A stretch of DNA of 50,176 nucleotides from Candidatus Hydrogenedentota bacterium (GTDB lineage Bacteria; Hydrogenedentota; Hydrogenedentia; Hydrogenedentales; GCA-2746185), in assembly GCA_046583315.1 (NCBI GenBank), contig JAYGCN010000085.1:1-50176 (forward strand), given 5' to 3'. Below the pieces are notes generated by a model. It saw nothing but the letters and a program-made list of their open reading frames with translations, did no database searches and was not told where the DNA came from. The position numbers and the translations under genes are program-made. Shown here piece after piece: positions 18,409-26,937 of the stretch (its first letter is position 1; every line of letters starts with the position of its first letter).

Positions 18409-20502
18409 CTATCGCGTAAACGCTCCCTCAACACCTGCATCGACATTCAAAATATTGCCCGTCGATTTTGAGGACCGTTCGGAGGCGAAAAAGTAGACGC
18501 CTTCGGCGATATCCTCGGGGAACACTGAACGCTTTAGCATGCTGCGGTTGCGGTAATGCGCATCCAGGTCGTCTTCTTCGAGACCGTAGGCTTCAGCGCG
18601 TTCCTTTTTCCAGTTGCCCTGCCATATTTTCGAGCCTTGAAGTACGGCGTCCGGATTCACCGTGTTTACGCGGATGCCGTCCGCAGCACCTTCCAGCGCA
18701 ATGCAACGTGCCAGGTGAAGTTCTGAAGACTTCGCCGTGCAGTATGCCGACGCGTTCTTCGAGGCCACGAGCGCGTTCTTCGACGAGATGAAGACGATTG
18801 AGCCGCCGGTTGTCTGGGACTTCATCATCTTGAAGGCTTCGCGCGATACGAGGAAGTAACCCGTCGCCATCACAGCGATGTTCTTGTTCCAGAGTGCGCC
18901 CGTCGTTTCTTCAAATGGCGCTGACGTCGCGATTCCCGCGTTGGACACGAGAATGTCGATGCCGCCGAAGGCCGTAGCCGCCGATCCGATCTGCGCGATG
19001 ACCTCTTCTTCGTTGGTCACGTCGAAATTACGACCGTCAACATTGTCTTTGCCGTACTTCGCGCCAAAGTCTTCAATCGCCTCGGCCATAGCATCGCTGT
19101 CGAAGTCGGCCACGATAACGCAGGCGCCTTCCTCAAGAAGACGACTACAGATCGCGCGACCGATTCCGCCAGCACCACCGGTAACGAGCGCCACTTTGCC
19201 TGAGAGACTTTTCGGTTGCGGCATGCGTTGCAACTTGGCTTCTTCGAGTAACCAGTACTCAATGTCGAAAGCTTCCTGCTCAGGAAGACTGACGTATTCG
19301 CTGATGGCGGATGCGCCGCGCATCACGTTGATGGCGTTCACATAAAATTCGCCGGAGATACGCGCGGTCGCTTTGTCTTTCGCGTAGGTGAACATTCCCA
19401 CGCCAGGCACCAATACAACGATTGGATAAGCGTCGCGAATGCCGGGTGAGTTGTCGTGTTTACAACGATCGAAATACGATTCGTAATTTTTCTTGTAGCC
19501 TTCCATTGCTTCTTCGACTTTGCCCAGAAACGCTTCGTCATCGATTTCGCCTTCAGCAATATCGAGTACCAACGGACAAATCTTTGTGCGCAGGAAGTGG
19601 TCAGGACAAGAAGTACCCATCGCGGCGAGTTCTTTGCACCGGGCGGAGCCGACGAACTGCAACACTTCCGCCGAATCGTTGAAGTGACCGATCTTAGGCT
19701 GGTCCTGACTCACCTTACCGCGTAGAATTGGCATCAGTTTTTCAGCAATCGCCGTGCGTGCATCGTCACTCAGTGCGCCCGTGATTTCGCCACCGAACGG
19801 AGCATCCTCTGCCTTGGAGGCAAGGTAATCGGTCGCCTTCTGAATAATGTCCAGCGTCGTTTCGTAACTTTCCTTCGCTGAATTTCCCCAGGTAAAGAGC
19901 CCGTGGCTTGCGAGAATAATCCCTTTTTGATTGGGATTCTCATTGTATTTCGCTTCCAGTTCCAGACCCAGTTCAAAACCCGGACGTCGCCAGCCTACCC
20001 AGCCGATTTCGTCGCCGTAAATTTCTTTCGTGATCGCTTCGCCATCTTTGGAGGCCGCAATCGCGATGAGTGCATCGGGATGCAAGTGGTCCACGTGGGT
20101 ACGCGGAATAAAGGCATGCAACGGCGTGTCAATACTCGCCGCGCGCGGATTGTTGTTGAAGGTACAAAACGGCAGGTAACCCACCATTTCATCTTCATGC
20201 TCCAGACCGCGATACTTATTCTTCAGGGACTTCATCTTGTCCATGTACAGCGTCGAGAAACCGTCCATGCCCATGCTGCCCAGATCGCCGCCCGAGCCTT
20301 TGACCCAGAGGACTTCGACATCTTCGCCCGTAAGTGGATCCGGAGTCATTACTTTCGCCGACGTGTTACCGCCTGCAAAATTAGTCAGCGTCAGGTCGGA
20401 CCCCAACACGTTCGATCGGTAATGCAGCAATTCGGCTTCAGACATTCCTGCCGCGTCGGAATCACTCCAACGATTTTCAATTTGTTGTGCTTTGTCAGCC
20501 AT
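18409..20502 (-). CDS. rhaD: Bifunctional rhamnulose-1-phosphate aldolase / short-chain dehydrogenase (YuxG/RhaEW type)
   Basis: TNFAGGNTSAK, WVKGSGGDLG, ASIDTPLH, HVDHLHPDA, GTSCPDHFLRTK and FDIEYWLLEEAKL, followed by SDR TGGAGGIG, YCTAK and NPDAV. Confidence 0.93.
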   Translation of the reverse strand: MADKAQQIENRWSDSDAAGMSEAELLHYRSNVLGSDLTLTNFAGGNTSAKVMTPDPLTGEDVEVLWVKGSGGDLGSMGMDGFSTLYMDKMKSLKNKYRGLEHEDEMVGYLPFCTFNNNPRAASIDTPLHAFIPRTHVDHLHPDALIAIAASKDGEAITKEIYGDEIGWVGWRRPGFELGLELEAKYNENPNQKGIILASHGLFTWGNSAKESYETTLDIIQKATDYLASKAEDAPFGGEITGALSDDARTAIAEKLMPILRGKVSQDQPKIGHFNDSAEVLQFVGSARCKELAAMGTSCPDHFLRTKICPLVLDIAEGEIDDEAFLGKVEEAMEGYKKNYESYFDRCKHDNSPGIRDAYPIVVLVPGVGMFTYAKDKATARISGEFYVNAINVMRGASAISEYVSLPEQEAFDIEYWLLEEAKLQRMPQPKSLSGKVALVTGGAGGIGRAICSRLLEEGACVIVADFDSDAMAEAIEDFGAKYGKDNVDGRNFDVTNEEEVIAQIGSAATAFGGIDILVSNAGIATSAPFEETTGALWNKNIAVMATGYFLVSREAFKMMKSQTTGGSIVFISSKNALVASKNASAYCTAKSSELHLARCIALEGAADGIRVNTVNPDAVLQGSKIWQGNWKKERAEAYGLEEDDLDAHYRNRSMLKRSVFPEDIAEGVYFFASERSSKSTGNILNVDAGVEGAFTR

Positions 20503-20538
20503 GATGGCCTTTCTAGGATTACTTCTTGTTGTTTCGGT

Positions 20539-21675
20539 TTATACGTTTTCCCACTGACGAGTTTCAGCGGATTTAAGAACAGCGTCACATATTTTTTGCG
20601 TTTCAAGCGCGTCACGGAATGTTGGGGCACAGGGCTCACCCTTCGCAAGGGCATCCACGAAATCCGCGACCTGATGCACGAAGGTGTGCTCGTACCCGAT
20701 CTGCAGACCCGGTACCCACCACTTGTCCATGTACGGCATATCGCCATCGGTCACATGAATCGAGCGCCAGCCGCGCACGAGCGAGTCATCCGCGTGATCA
20801 AAATATTCAAGACGATGCAGGTCATGCAGGTCCCATTTGATGGAAGCATTCTCGCCGTTGATTTCCAGCGTGTACAGTGCCTTGTGACCGCGCGCATAAC
20901 GAGTGGATTCGAACAGTCCGAGCGAACCGTTTTCAAAATGACCCATAAAAGTACACGCGTCATCAATCGTCACCGGCTCCACTTTACCCGTCAGCACATG
21001 CTCGCGTTCCTTCACGAATGTCTCGGTCATCGCGGAGACATCTTTCATGCCGCCATTCAGCCACAACGCCGTGTCGATACAATGAGCAAGCAAGTCACCC
21101 GTCACGCCACTTCCCGCCACGGCCTTGTCCATGCGCCAAAGACCCTCACCACCCTGCGGAAGCTCCGCATCAATCGTCCAATCCTGCAGAAAGTTCGCGC
21201 GGTAATGATAGATTTTGCCGAGGCGCCCTTCGTCGATAAGCTGTTTCGCGAGGGTCACCGCCGGAACGCGACGGTAGTTGTACCAGACCGTATTCGCGAC
21301 GCCGGCCTTTTCAATCGCCGCGCACATTTCCTCGCCTTCAGCAACATTCAGTGCCAGCGGTTTCTCGCACAGCACCATCTTGTCTGCTTCAGCAGCGGCA
21401 ATCGCGATTTCTTTGTGAAAATTGTTCGGTGTACAAATATCGACCGCGTCAATATCATCACGCTTAATCAGCTCGCGCCAATCCGTCTCAGCGGATTCAT
21501 AGCCCCACTGTTCCGCGAAGGCCTTCACGTTTTCCTCATTCCGACCACACACCGCCTTCAAATTCAGTCGGTACTCCAAGTCGAAAAAATCATTCACCCG
21601 TTTATACGCATTCGAATGCGTACGCCCCATGAAGCCGTAGCCAATGAGACCGATATTCAATGTTTTATCTGGCAT
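20539..21675 (-). CDS. Gfo/Idh/MocA family oxidoreductase
   Basis: [29 protein letters not shown] and GDLLAHCID. Confidence 0.93.
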   Translation of the reverse strand: MPDKTLNIGLIGYGFMGRTHSNAYKRVNDFFDLEYRLNLKAVCGRNEENVKAFAEQWGYESAETDWRELIKRDDIDAVDICTPNNFHKEIAIAAAEADKMVLCEKPLALNVAEGEEMCAAIEKAGVANTVWYNYRRVPAVTLAKQLIDEGRLGKIYHYRANFLQDWTIDAELPQGGEGLWRMDKAVAGSGVTGDLLAHCIDTALWLNGGMKDVSAMTETFVKEREHVLTGKVEPVTIDDACTFMGHFENGSLGLFESTRYARGHKALYTLEINGENASIKWDLHDLHRLEYFDHADDSLVRGWRSIHVTDGDMPYMDKWWVPGLQIGYEHTFVHQVADFVDALAKGEPCAPTFRDALETQKICDAVLKSAETRQWENV

Positions 21676-21692
21676 TTTCTTTTATTCCTTTT

Positions 21693-22153
21693 TTGTCCAC
21701 AGATTTCACAGATGAGCACAGATAAGAACGGAAGTTCTTTAGTTTAGAATACGACGCGTTTGTATTCTAAGCGGCCCGCTCCAAAATTAATAAGCAAAGC
21801 CCTTTCGAATCCTGTGGCTTTCAAATAGTTTATTATCTGGCTCGTATGTGAGCCAGTTAGTTCTGAAATCGCTTTAAGTTCAAGAACGATATTCGAATAG
21901 CAAATAATATCGGCTCGATAACTTGTTTCAAGCCTATTCCCTTTGTACTCAATTGCTAAAGCTACCTCGCAAGCGTTAAGGAATATCTCGTGAATCCAAT
22001 TCTATTTGAAACGCTTCTTGATACACACGCTCCAAGAATCCAGAGTCCATCTCAGAATGAACAGCCATCGCTGCACCGATAATACTAAACGTCTCAGGGT
22101 CTCGTGGATCCTGTTCGCTCTTATCTGTGCTCATCTGTGTCACCTGTGGACAA
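21693..22153 (-). mobile_element. GxxExxY nuclease cassette bounded by 35-bp inverted repeats
   Basis: Arms at 21693-21727 and 22119-22153 are 32/35 complementary and built from CACAGAT units; AT-rich interior; inserted between two operon genes. Confidence 0.7.
21744..22134 (-). pseudogene. GxxExxY protein (PD-(D/E)XK nuclease-like), +1 frameshift
   Basis: Manual translation [52 protein letters not shown] (stop 21976-21978). In the +1 frame it continues NACEVALAIEYKGNRLETSYRADIICYSNIVLELKAISELTGSHTSQIINYLKATGFERALLINFGAGRLEYKRVVF*. Not in the ORF track. Confidence 0.92.
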
Positions 22154-22164
22154 GATCTTCGCGG

Positions 22165-23058
22165 TTATCCGTGGTTCTTATTGATCTCATCAATCGACGT
22201 CTTGCACCGCTCAGTCACCGCCCAAGCATCAGGCCAGAAACACAAATCGATCGTCCACCAGTCGTGAGACAAGGTGTTCTTGTTCAACTCAGGCATGATC
22301 TCGTCAAAGTTCAAGTACCCATCGCCGAAGGGCGGGTGTGAACTTGTCTCATCATGGTGCAGCGTGCCATCGCTGTCGATCAAATGGATGTGATTGATCT
22401 TGCCGCGCACCATCTGCGCCATTTCAAGACAGCCGCCTTCAAGAACTTCCTGACCATTCGGATGACGCGCGCCTTTCGACACCATCTCCGCGTGGCAGGT
22501 ATCAAACTCAAGGCCGAAATTATCCTTGTTCACTTCTTCGACAATCTGTACAACCTGCGATGGTTTGTTGAACGCGAATCCCGGCTCGAATTCCCAGGTC
22601 ACGTAACACCCCAAGTCCGCAGCGATGTCAGAACACTCCTGCCAGGTATTCACCAGACGCTGACGAAACAGCGTTTCATCCTGGCCCTCAAGAATCGTAG
22701 GCTCCTGTACGCAATCGACGCGCACACCCGCGATACCAAGGTCAGCGGCAAATTTCGCACCTTCCGTGAACGCGGCGATGTACTTGGACGTGTCCTCAGT
22801 GTTGAGCAATTCCTCGCCCCAAAGATTCGGCACGAATCCAGAGAAGCCAAGACCAACCGTTTTCATTTCTTCCAGCAAACGATCCCGGTCTTCTTTCTCA
22901 GGATGCGTCTCAGGACTCGGATGAATGCTGAATCCACCCAACTCCACACCGTCAAATCCCAATTCCTTCAATTTGCGCGCGACTTCGTCAAACGGTACCG
23001 GATCATCCTCATACGGCCCAATCGCATACGCCCAACTACCAATACTGATTCGTTTCAT
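22165..23058 (-). CDS. Sugar phosphate isomerase/epimerase (xylose isomerase-like TIM barrel)
   Basis: GFDGVEL, WEFEPGF, EFDTCHA, HIHLIDSDG and HPPFGDG. Confidence 0.88.
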   Translation of the reverse strand: MKRISIGSWAYAIGPYEDDPVPFDEVARKLKELGFDGVELGGFSIHPSPETHPEKEDRDRLLEEMKTVGLGFSGFVPNLWGEELLNTEDTSKYIAAFTEGAKFAADLGIAGVRVDCVQEPTILEGQDETLFRQRLVNTWQECSDIAADLGCYVTWEFEPGFAFNKPSQVVQIVEEVNKDNFGLEFDTCHAEMVSKGARHPNGQEVLEGGCLEMAQMVRGKINHIHLIDSDGTLHHDETSSHPPFGDGYLNFDEIMPELNKNTLSHDWWTIDLCFWPDAWAVTERCKTSIDEINKNHG

Positions 23059-23087
23059 AACAGCCTCTCTCCTTTTTCTAACTGCTT

Positions 23088-23150
23088 CTTACCTTTTTCT
23101 TGGGAAAGAAAAAGGTAAGGCCAAAAAGAACCGACGGATACTTTGTATCC
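23088..23150 (-). repeat. Two-hairpin dispersed repeat, copy B
   Basis: On +: CTTACCTTTTTCTT-GGGA-AAGAAAAAGGTAAG-GCCAAAAAGAACCG-AC-GGATAC-TTT-GTATCC; its reverse complement matches copy C at 45/46 over the core. Confidence 0.9.
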
Positions 23151-23169
23151 TTCAGTTAAGTCTCGAAAG

Positions 23170-24396
23170 TTAGTCGCCAAACTTCGGTGCCTGTGGATTT
23201 ACTTCGGGTCCGAAATAGCGTAACACCACGAGCGGACAATCCCCGCCGAGGTTTTCGATTTCGTAGCCGTCTTGTGCACGTTTTACGGAGATGAATACTT
23301 CGTCCTCGGTCATCTCGCCGAAACGAATCATCGTCGGGGACTCCAGCGGCAGATTTCCGATGCGTCCACGACCTTGTACACAGATGATACTCGTCGCGCC
23401 GTTGTCTTTGATGGTTGCCGTAGCGCCCGCTTCCACCGTGAGCTCTTTCGCGGAGAACAACTGCTCGCCTTTGATCGTGCCGTAGACAATCCAGCGGTCT
23501 ACAAAACCGTCACCCTCTGAATCAACAATCGGCTCAAGATAATGATTCTCTTTGAAATTCGGGTCAACATTCGCGTCCCAGTTCAATTGGTCTACGATAA
23601 AGTCGATGTCCTGATGCTTGTCCTCTGGCATATCCTTCACCAGCAACTCCCAGGGTACATCGCGTCCCTCAACGAGCGACTGATACATACCAAAAACATC
23701 CGAACCCCACTGCGGCTCGTAGGTCACCAGCGATCCCGGTGCGTGAAGAATGCATGGCGGAATCAACCAACCCGTGCCTGGCTTGAGACGGTAGGCCTTC
23801 GACAAATCAAGAATCCCATTGTCGCCCTTGTTCCAGTTTTCCATACATTCGACCACCTGCTCGCGCGTTGTACCCGGCTCGAAGCCCATAAAGGTGTACG
23901 GGAAGCTGTTGCCGATAGCGTTCAACTGCGGAGGGAAATAGTAGGACTCCGGCTTGCCTTCTTGACCCACCAGTGCCGCCTGCTCAGCATTCTGGTGCAT
24001 GTGATGCGGAATCGGCCCCATGTTATCGAAAAATTTTGAGTACACCGGCCATTTCTTGTACTTATCCCAGATCGGGTCGCCGATGATTCCGCCGCCCAGC
24101 GCATCCACAGCGTCCTTCAGCGTGAACCGTTCGCCGTCGTGGACCACATAACTCAGGCCTTCATCATCTTCACGATTGTCATTCGCCGCTTCAGTAGTAG
24201 ACCCGAACCAGCGCTCATCGATCCCGCCGCGGTGTTTGCCAAAGGCGTAATAATCATCGGGATGCAGCTTGATGCGACGTCCCGGTTGCAGAAAGGACCG
24301 CGGTACCCAGGTAGGCGACAATCGAAGGATTCCCTCCCCGGCTTCCAGTGCAGATTGAGCTTTATTCGAGACGGCATCACCGGTAATCGTAATCAA
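23170..24396 (-). CDS. Mannose-6-phosphate isomerase-like (class I cupin) protein
   Basis: TTG start 9 nt after AGGAG; ERW, SKFFD, PHHMHQ, GKPESYY, ILHAPG and YEPQ..SD metal-ligand pattern. Confidence 0.75.
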   Translation of the reverse strand: MITITGDAVSNKAQSALEAGEGILRLSPTWVPRSFLQPGRRIKLHPDDYYAFGKHRGGIDERWFGSTTEAANDNREDDEGLSYVVHDGERFTLKDAVDALGGGIIGDPIWDKYKKWPVYSKFFDNMGPIPHHMHQNAEQAALVGQEGKPESYYFPPQLNAIGNSFPYTFMGFEPGTTREQVVECMENWNKGDNGILDLSKAYRLKPGTGWLIPPCILHAPGSLVTYEPQWGSDVFGMYQSLVEGRDVPWELLVKDMPEDKHQDIDFIVDQLNWDANVDPNFKENHYLEPIVDSEGDGFVDRWIVYGTIKGEQLFSAKELTVEAGATATIKDNGATSIICVQGRGRIGNLPLESPTMIRFGEMTEDEVFISVKRAQDGYEIENLGGDCPLVVLRYFGPEVNPQAPKFGD

Positions 24397-24446
24397 AATG
24401 ACACACTCCTTGAAGGTTAAAACGGAGAAGATAGCGCAGACACCAT

Positions 24447-24476
24447 ATTGTCCTTATTTTGCAGTGCTTATGTCAA
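24447..24476 (-). promoter_or_regulatory. Putative sigma70 promoter of the sugar operon
   Basis: TTGACA-N18-GACAAT on the minus strand, about 50 nt upstream of the start codon. Confidence 0.5.
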
Positions 24477-24658
24477 GGTTGAAGCCGTAATTTGGCACGA
24501 AAAAGTCGATTTTTCTTGTGAATACACGATCCTCCACGGTTTTCAATCGCCGCAAATAGTTGATTTCACTTTTTCAGTTTGCTTGTATAGTCAATTATTC
24601 TACCGTGGGGTCTCAATAGTTCACATTGAGTGACCGAACCGAAGGGGTGTTGACCGTT

Positions 24659-25882
24659 ATGCCAAGCCATGTGACTCATCTTGAAAGTGCCATTGACGGT
24701 ACGCATTTGGAAGCAGGTCAACTGCAGACGATGCACGAGGGACGGCCGCTTTGGGTGCGCTACGATCTTGATCGAGTAAAAGATAGTTGGTCGAAAGATA
24801 CGCTTCCAGGCAGGGAACCCACACTCTGGCGGTATCGCGAGTTGCTTCCGCACGACACCGAAGAGGAAATCGTGTCGCTTGGCGAAGGCATGACTCCGCT
24901 GCTTGCTTGTCCGCGTTTGGGCAAGAAATTCGGCTTGTCCAATCTAAGCATCAAAGATGAATCACAACTGCCCACGGGCAGTTTCAAGAGTCGGGGTCAA
25001 GCGCTGGCGATTACGATGGCGAAGAAGTTCGGAGTCACCCGGGTTGCCATTCCTACAGCCGGCAATGCGGGTGGCGCGATGGCAGCCTACGCAGCGCGCG
25101 CGGGACTTGAAGCCTATGTGTTCATGCCGGACGACACGCCGACGATCTGTCAATACGAATCCGTGATGTCCGGCGCGAAGACCTTTCTGGTGAACGGACT
25201 CATCACGGATTGTGGAAAGATCGTGCGCGATGGCATTGACGCCATGGACTGGTTCGACATCTCAACGTTGAAGGAGCCGTATCGCATCGAAGGAAAGAAG
25301 ACGATGGGGCTCGAATTGGCCGAGCAGCTCGACTGGATACTTCCCGATGTGATTTTGTATCCGACCGGTGGCGGCACGGGATTGATTGGCATGTGGAAAG
25401 CATTCCAGGAACTCTCAGAAATCGGTTGGCTGAAAAGTGAAAAGCGTCCGCGCATGGTAGCCATACAATCGGAGGGGTGTTGCCCAATCGTAACCGCCTA
25501 TGATGAAGGCGAACGATTTGCCGAGTTTCACGAAAATGCGCAGACTATTGCGAGCGGTCTTCGAGTACCGTCAGCAATAGGGGACTTCATGATTCTGGAC
25601 GCGGTGCGCGAAAGCGAGGGCACTGCGATTGCGGTAGATGAAAATCGACTTCGCGAATGGATGACCCTCGCAATGTCAGCGGAAGGCATCGCGATATGTC
25701 CAGAAGCGGCCGCGTGCGTGGGAGCATTGGAAGAACTCACCAGTACAGGATGGATACGCCCTGACGAGCAAGTGGTCCTTTACAACACCGGCGCCGCGCA
25801 GAAATATCCTGAAGCCATGGCGAGCGAGTTGCCCCGCGTCGACAAAAATTCTCCCATTGACTGGGACGCACTCGCTCTGTGA
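24659..25882 (+). CDS. thrC: Threonine synthase (PLP fold II)
   Basis: LWRYRELLP, SLGEGMTPL, KDE..PTGSFKSRG, PTAGNAG, EPYRIEGKKT and YPTGGGTG. Confidence 0.88.
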   Translation: MPSHVTHLESAIDGTHLEAGQLQTMHEGRPLWVRYDLDRVKDSWSKDTLPGREPTLWRYRELLPHDTEEEIVSLGEGMTPLLACPRLGKKFGLSNLSIKDESQLPTGSFKSRGQALAITMAKKFGVTRVAIPTAGNAGGAMAAYAARAGLEAYVFMPDDTPTICQYESVMSGAKTFLVNGLITDCGKIVRDGIDAMDWFDISTLKEPYRIEGKKTMGLELAEQLDWILPDVILYPTGGGTGLIGMWKAFQELSEIGWLKSEKRPRMVAIQSEGCCPIVTAYDEGERFAEFHENAQTIASGLRVPSAIGDFMILDAVRESEGTAIAVDENRLREWMTLAMSAEGIAICPEAAACVGALEELTSTGWIRPDEQVVLYNTGAAQKYPEAMASELPRVDKNSPIDWDALAL

Positions 25883-25901
25883 GGTCAGGCTGAGAGTGAC
25901 C

Positions 25902-26744
25902 TTACTTCGCCCACTGCTCCCGCACAAATTTATTCCCTTCGCGTGCCACATGCTCCTCACTCGGAGCCATCTTGCGCCAGATACACGTCGCGCCAGCAAT
26001 CTCCGGCAACCACGCGCCAAAGGCTTCAATCGTCAGCCAGCCGTCATACCCGATTTCCTTCAGCGCAGCAACGGTCTCACCCCAGGGAATATGATCCTCG
26101 CCCGGCGTACCGCGATCATTCGAGCAGGCATGCACATGATTGATGCGTTTTCCGCCACGACGAATCGCGTCACCAATATTTTTCTCTTCAATGTTCGCAT
26201 GAAACGTGTCATACAAAATACCAATGTTGTCATCATCCACCGCATCAATCAGCGTTGCCGAATCTTCCTGACAATTAAGAAAAAACGTCTCAAAGCGATT
26301 CAACGGCTCCACCGAAATCGCCACGCCCGACCCCTTCGCATGTTCACCCAGCTTCACCAGGTTCTCCGCGCAGCGTTTGCGCTCATCATCATTCGGACCA
26401 CGCCCAATCAGCGCGCCCACCGGATGATAAATCGGTCCCGCGAGGGTTTCTGCACCCACCTCCACACACGAATCAATACTCGCCTTCAAATGACTCAGCG
26501 CATTCTCCTGCGCGCTTGAACTCTCATCAATCAGACTCGCCTCATCCGGCAACACCCCTACTGCCGTGCAGCCCATGCCCAGATTATCCAAATGCTCCTT
26601 ATACCTTCCCCAAGGCGAACAATCCGGCGCAAACATCGGGAACTCCACGCCGTCAAACCCCCACTTGCTCAAATCCTCCACCAACGAAAAATGGCTATCA
26701 TCCGCCGCAGCCGTCCACAACAATAAATTCATTCCAACTTTCAT
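25902..26744 (-). CDS. D-psicose/D-tagatose 3-epimerase family protein
   Basis: GFDGVE, VEPLNRFE, YDTFHANIEE, HVH..SNDRG.PG and TIEAF. Confidence 0.88.
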   Translation of the reverse strand: MKVGMNLLLWTAAADDSHFSLVEDLSKWGFDGVEFPMFAPDCSPWGRYKEHLDNLGMGCTAVGVLPDEASLIDESSSAQENALSHLKASIDSCVEVGAETLAGPIYHPVGALIGRGPNDDERKRCAENLVKLGEHAKGSGVAISVEPLNRFETFFLNCQEDSATLIDAVDDDNIGILYDTFHANIEEKNIGDAIRRGGKRINHVHACSNDRGTPGEDHIPWGETVAALKEIGYDGWLTIEAFGAWLPEIAGATCIWRKMAPSEEHVAREGNKFVREQWAK

Positions 26745-26832
26745 GAAAAATCCCTTTCATGGTCAAATCATAACAAGATCAAAGTTTCGCAGATGAGACA
26801 AGCGCGTGTCAATGAATACCAATAAACTGCCG

Positions 26833-26860
26833 TTCTTTCTTCTTGGAAAAGAAGAAAGAA
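26833..26860. repeat. Perfect hairpin related to the two-hairpin repeat (copy D)
   Basis: TTCTTTCTTCTT-GGAA-AAGAAGAAAGAA, oriented opposite to the adjacent copy C. Confidence 0.6.
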
Positions 26861-26867
26861 TCAATTG

Positions 26868-26931
26868 GGAATACAAAGTATTCCTCGGTTCTTTTTGGCC
26901 TTACCATTTTCTTTCCCAAGAAAAAGGTAAG
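26868..26931 (+). repeat. Two-hairpin dispersed repeat, copy C
   Basis: GGAATAC-AAA-GTATTCC-T-CGGTTCTTTTTGGC-CTTACCATTTTCTT-TCCC-AAGAAAAAGGTAAG. Confidence 0.9.
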
Positions 26932-26937
26932 AGCGGT

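Noticed and set aside
21693..21727. CRISPR array or IS terminal repeats
   Set aside because: The units are 7-10-nt tandem motifs without unique spacers; there are no cas genes, no transposase and no evident target duplication.
19903..21747. 614-aa plus-strand ORF, and similar long ORFs at 12804-13754, 26806-27792 and 46387-47616
   Set aside because: Antisense shadows of well-supported minus-strand genes with no recognisable motifs.
26790..26812. sigma70 promoter for the 3-epimerase gene (TTGACA on the minus strand)
   Set aside because: The -35 is perfect but the -10 candidates (CGAAAC, GAAACT) are too weak to call.
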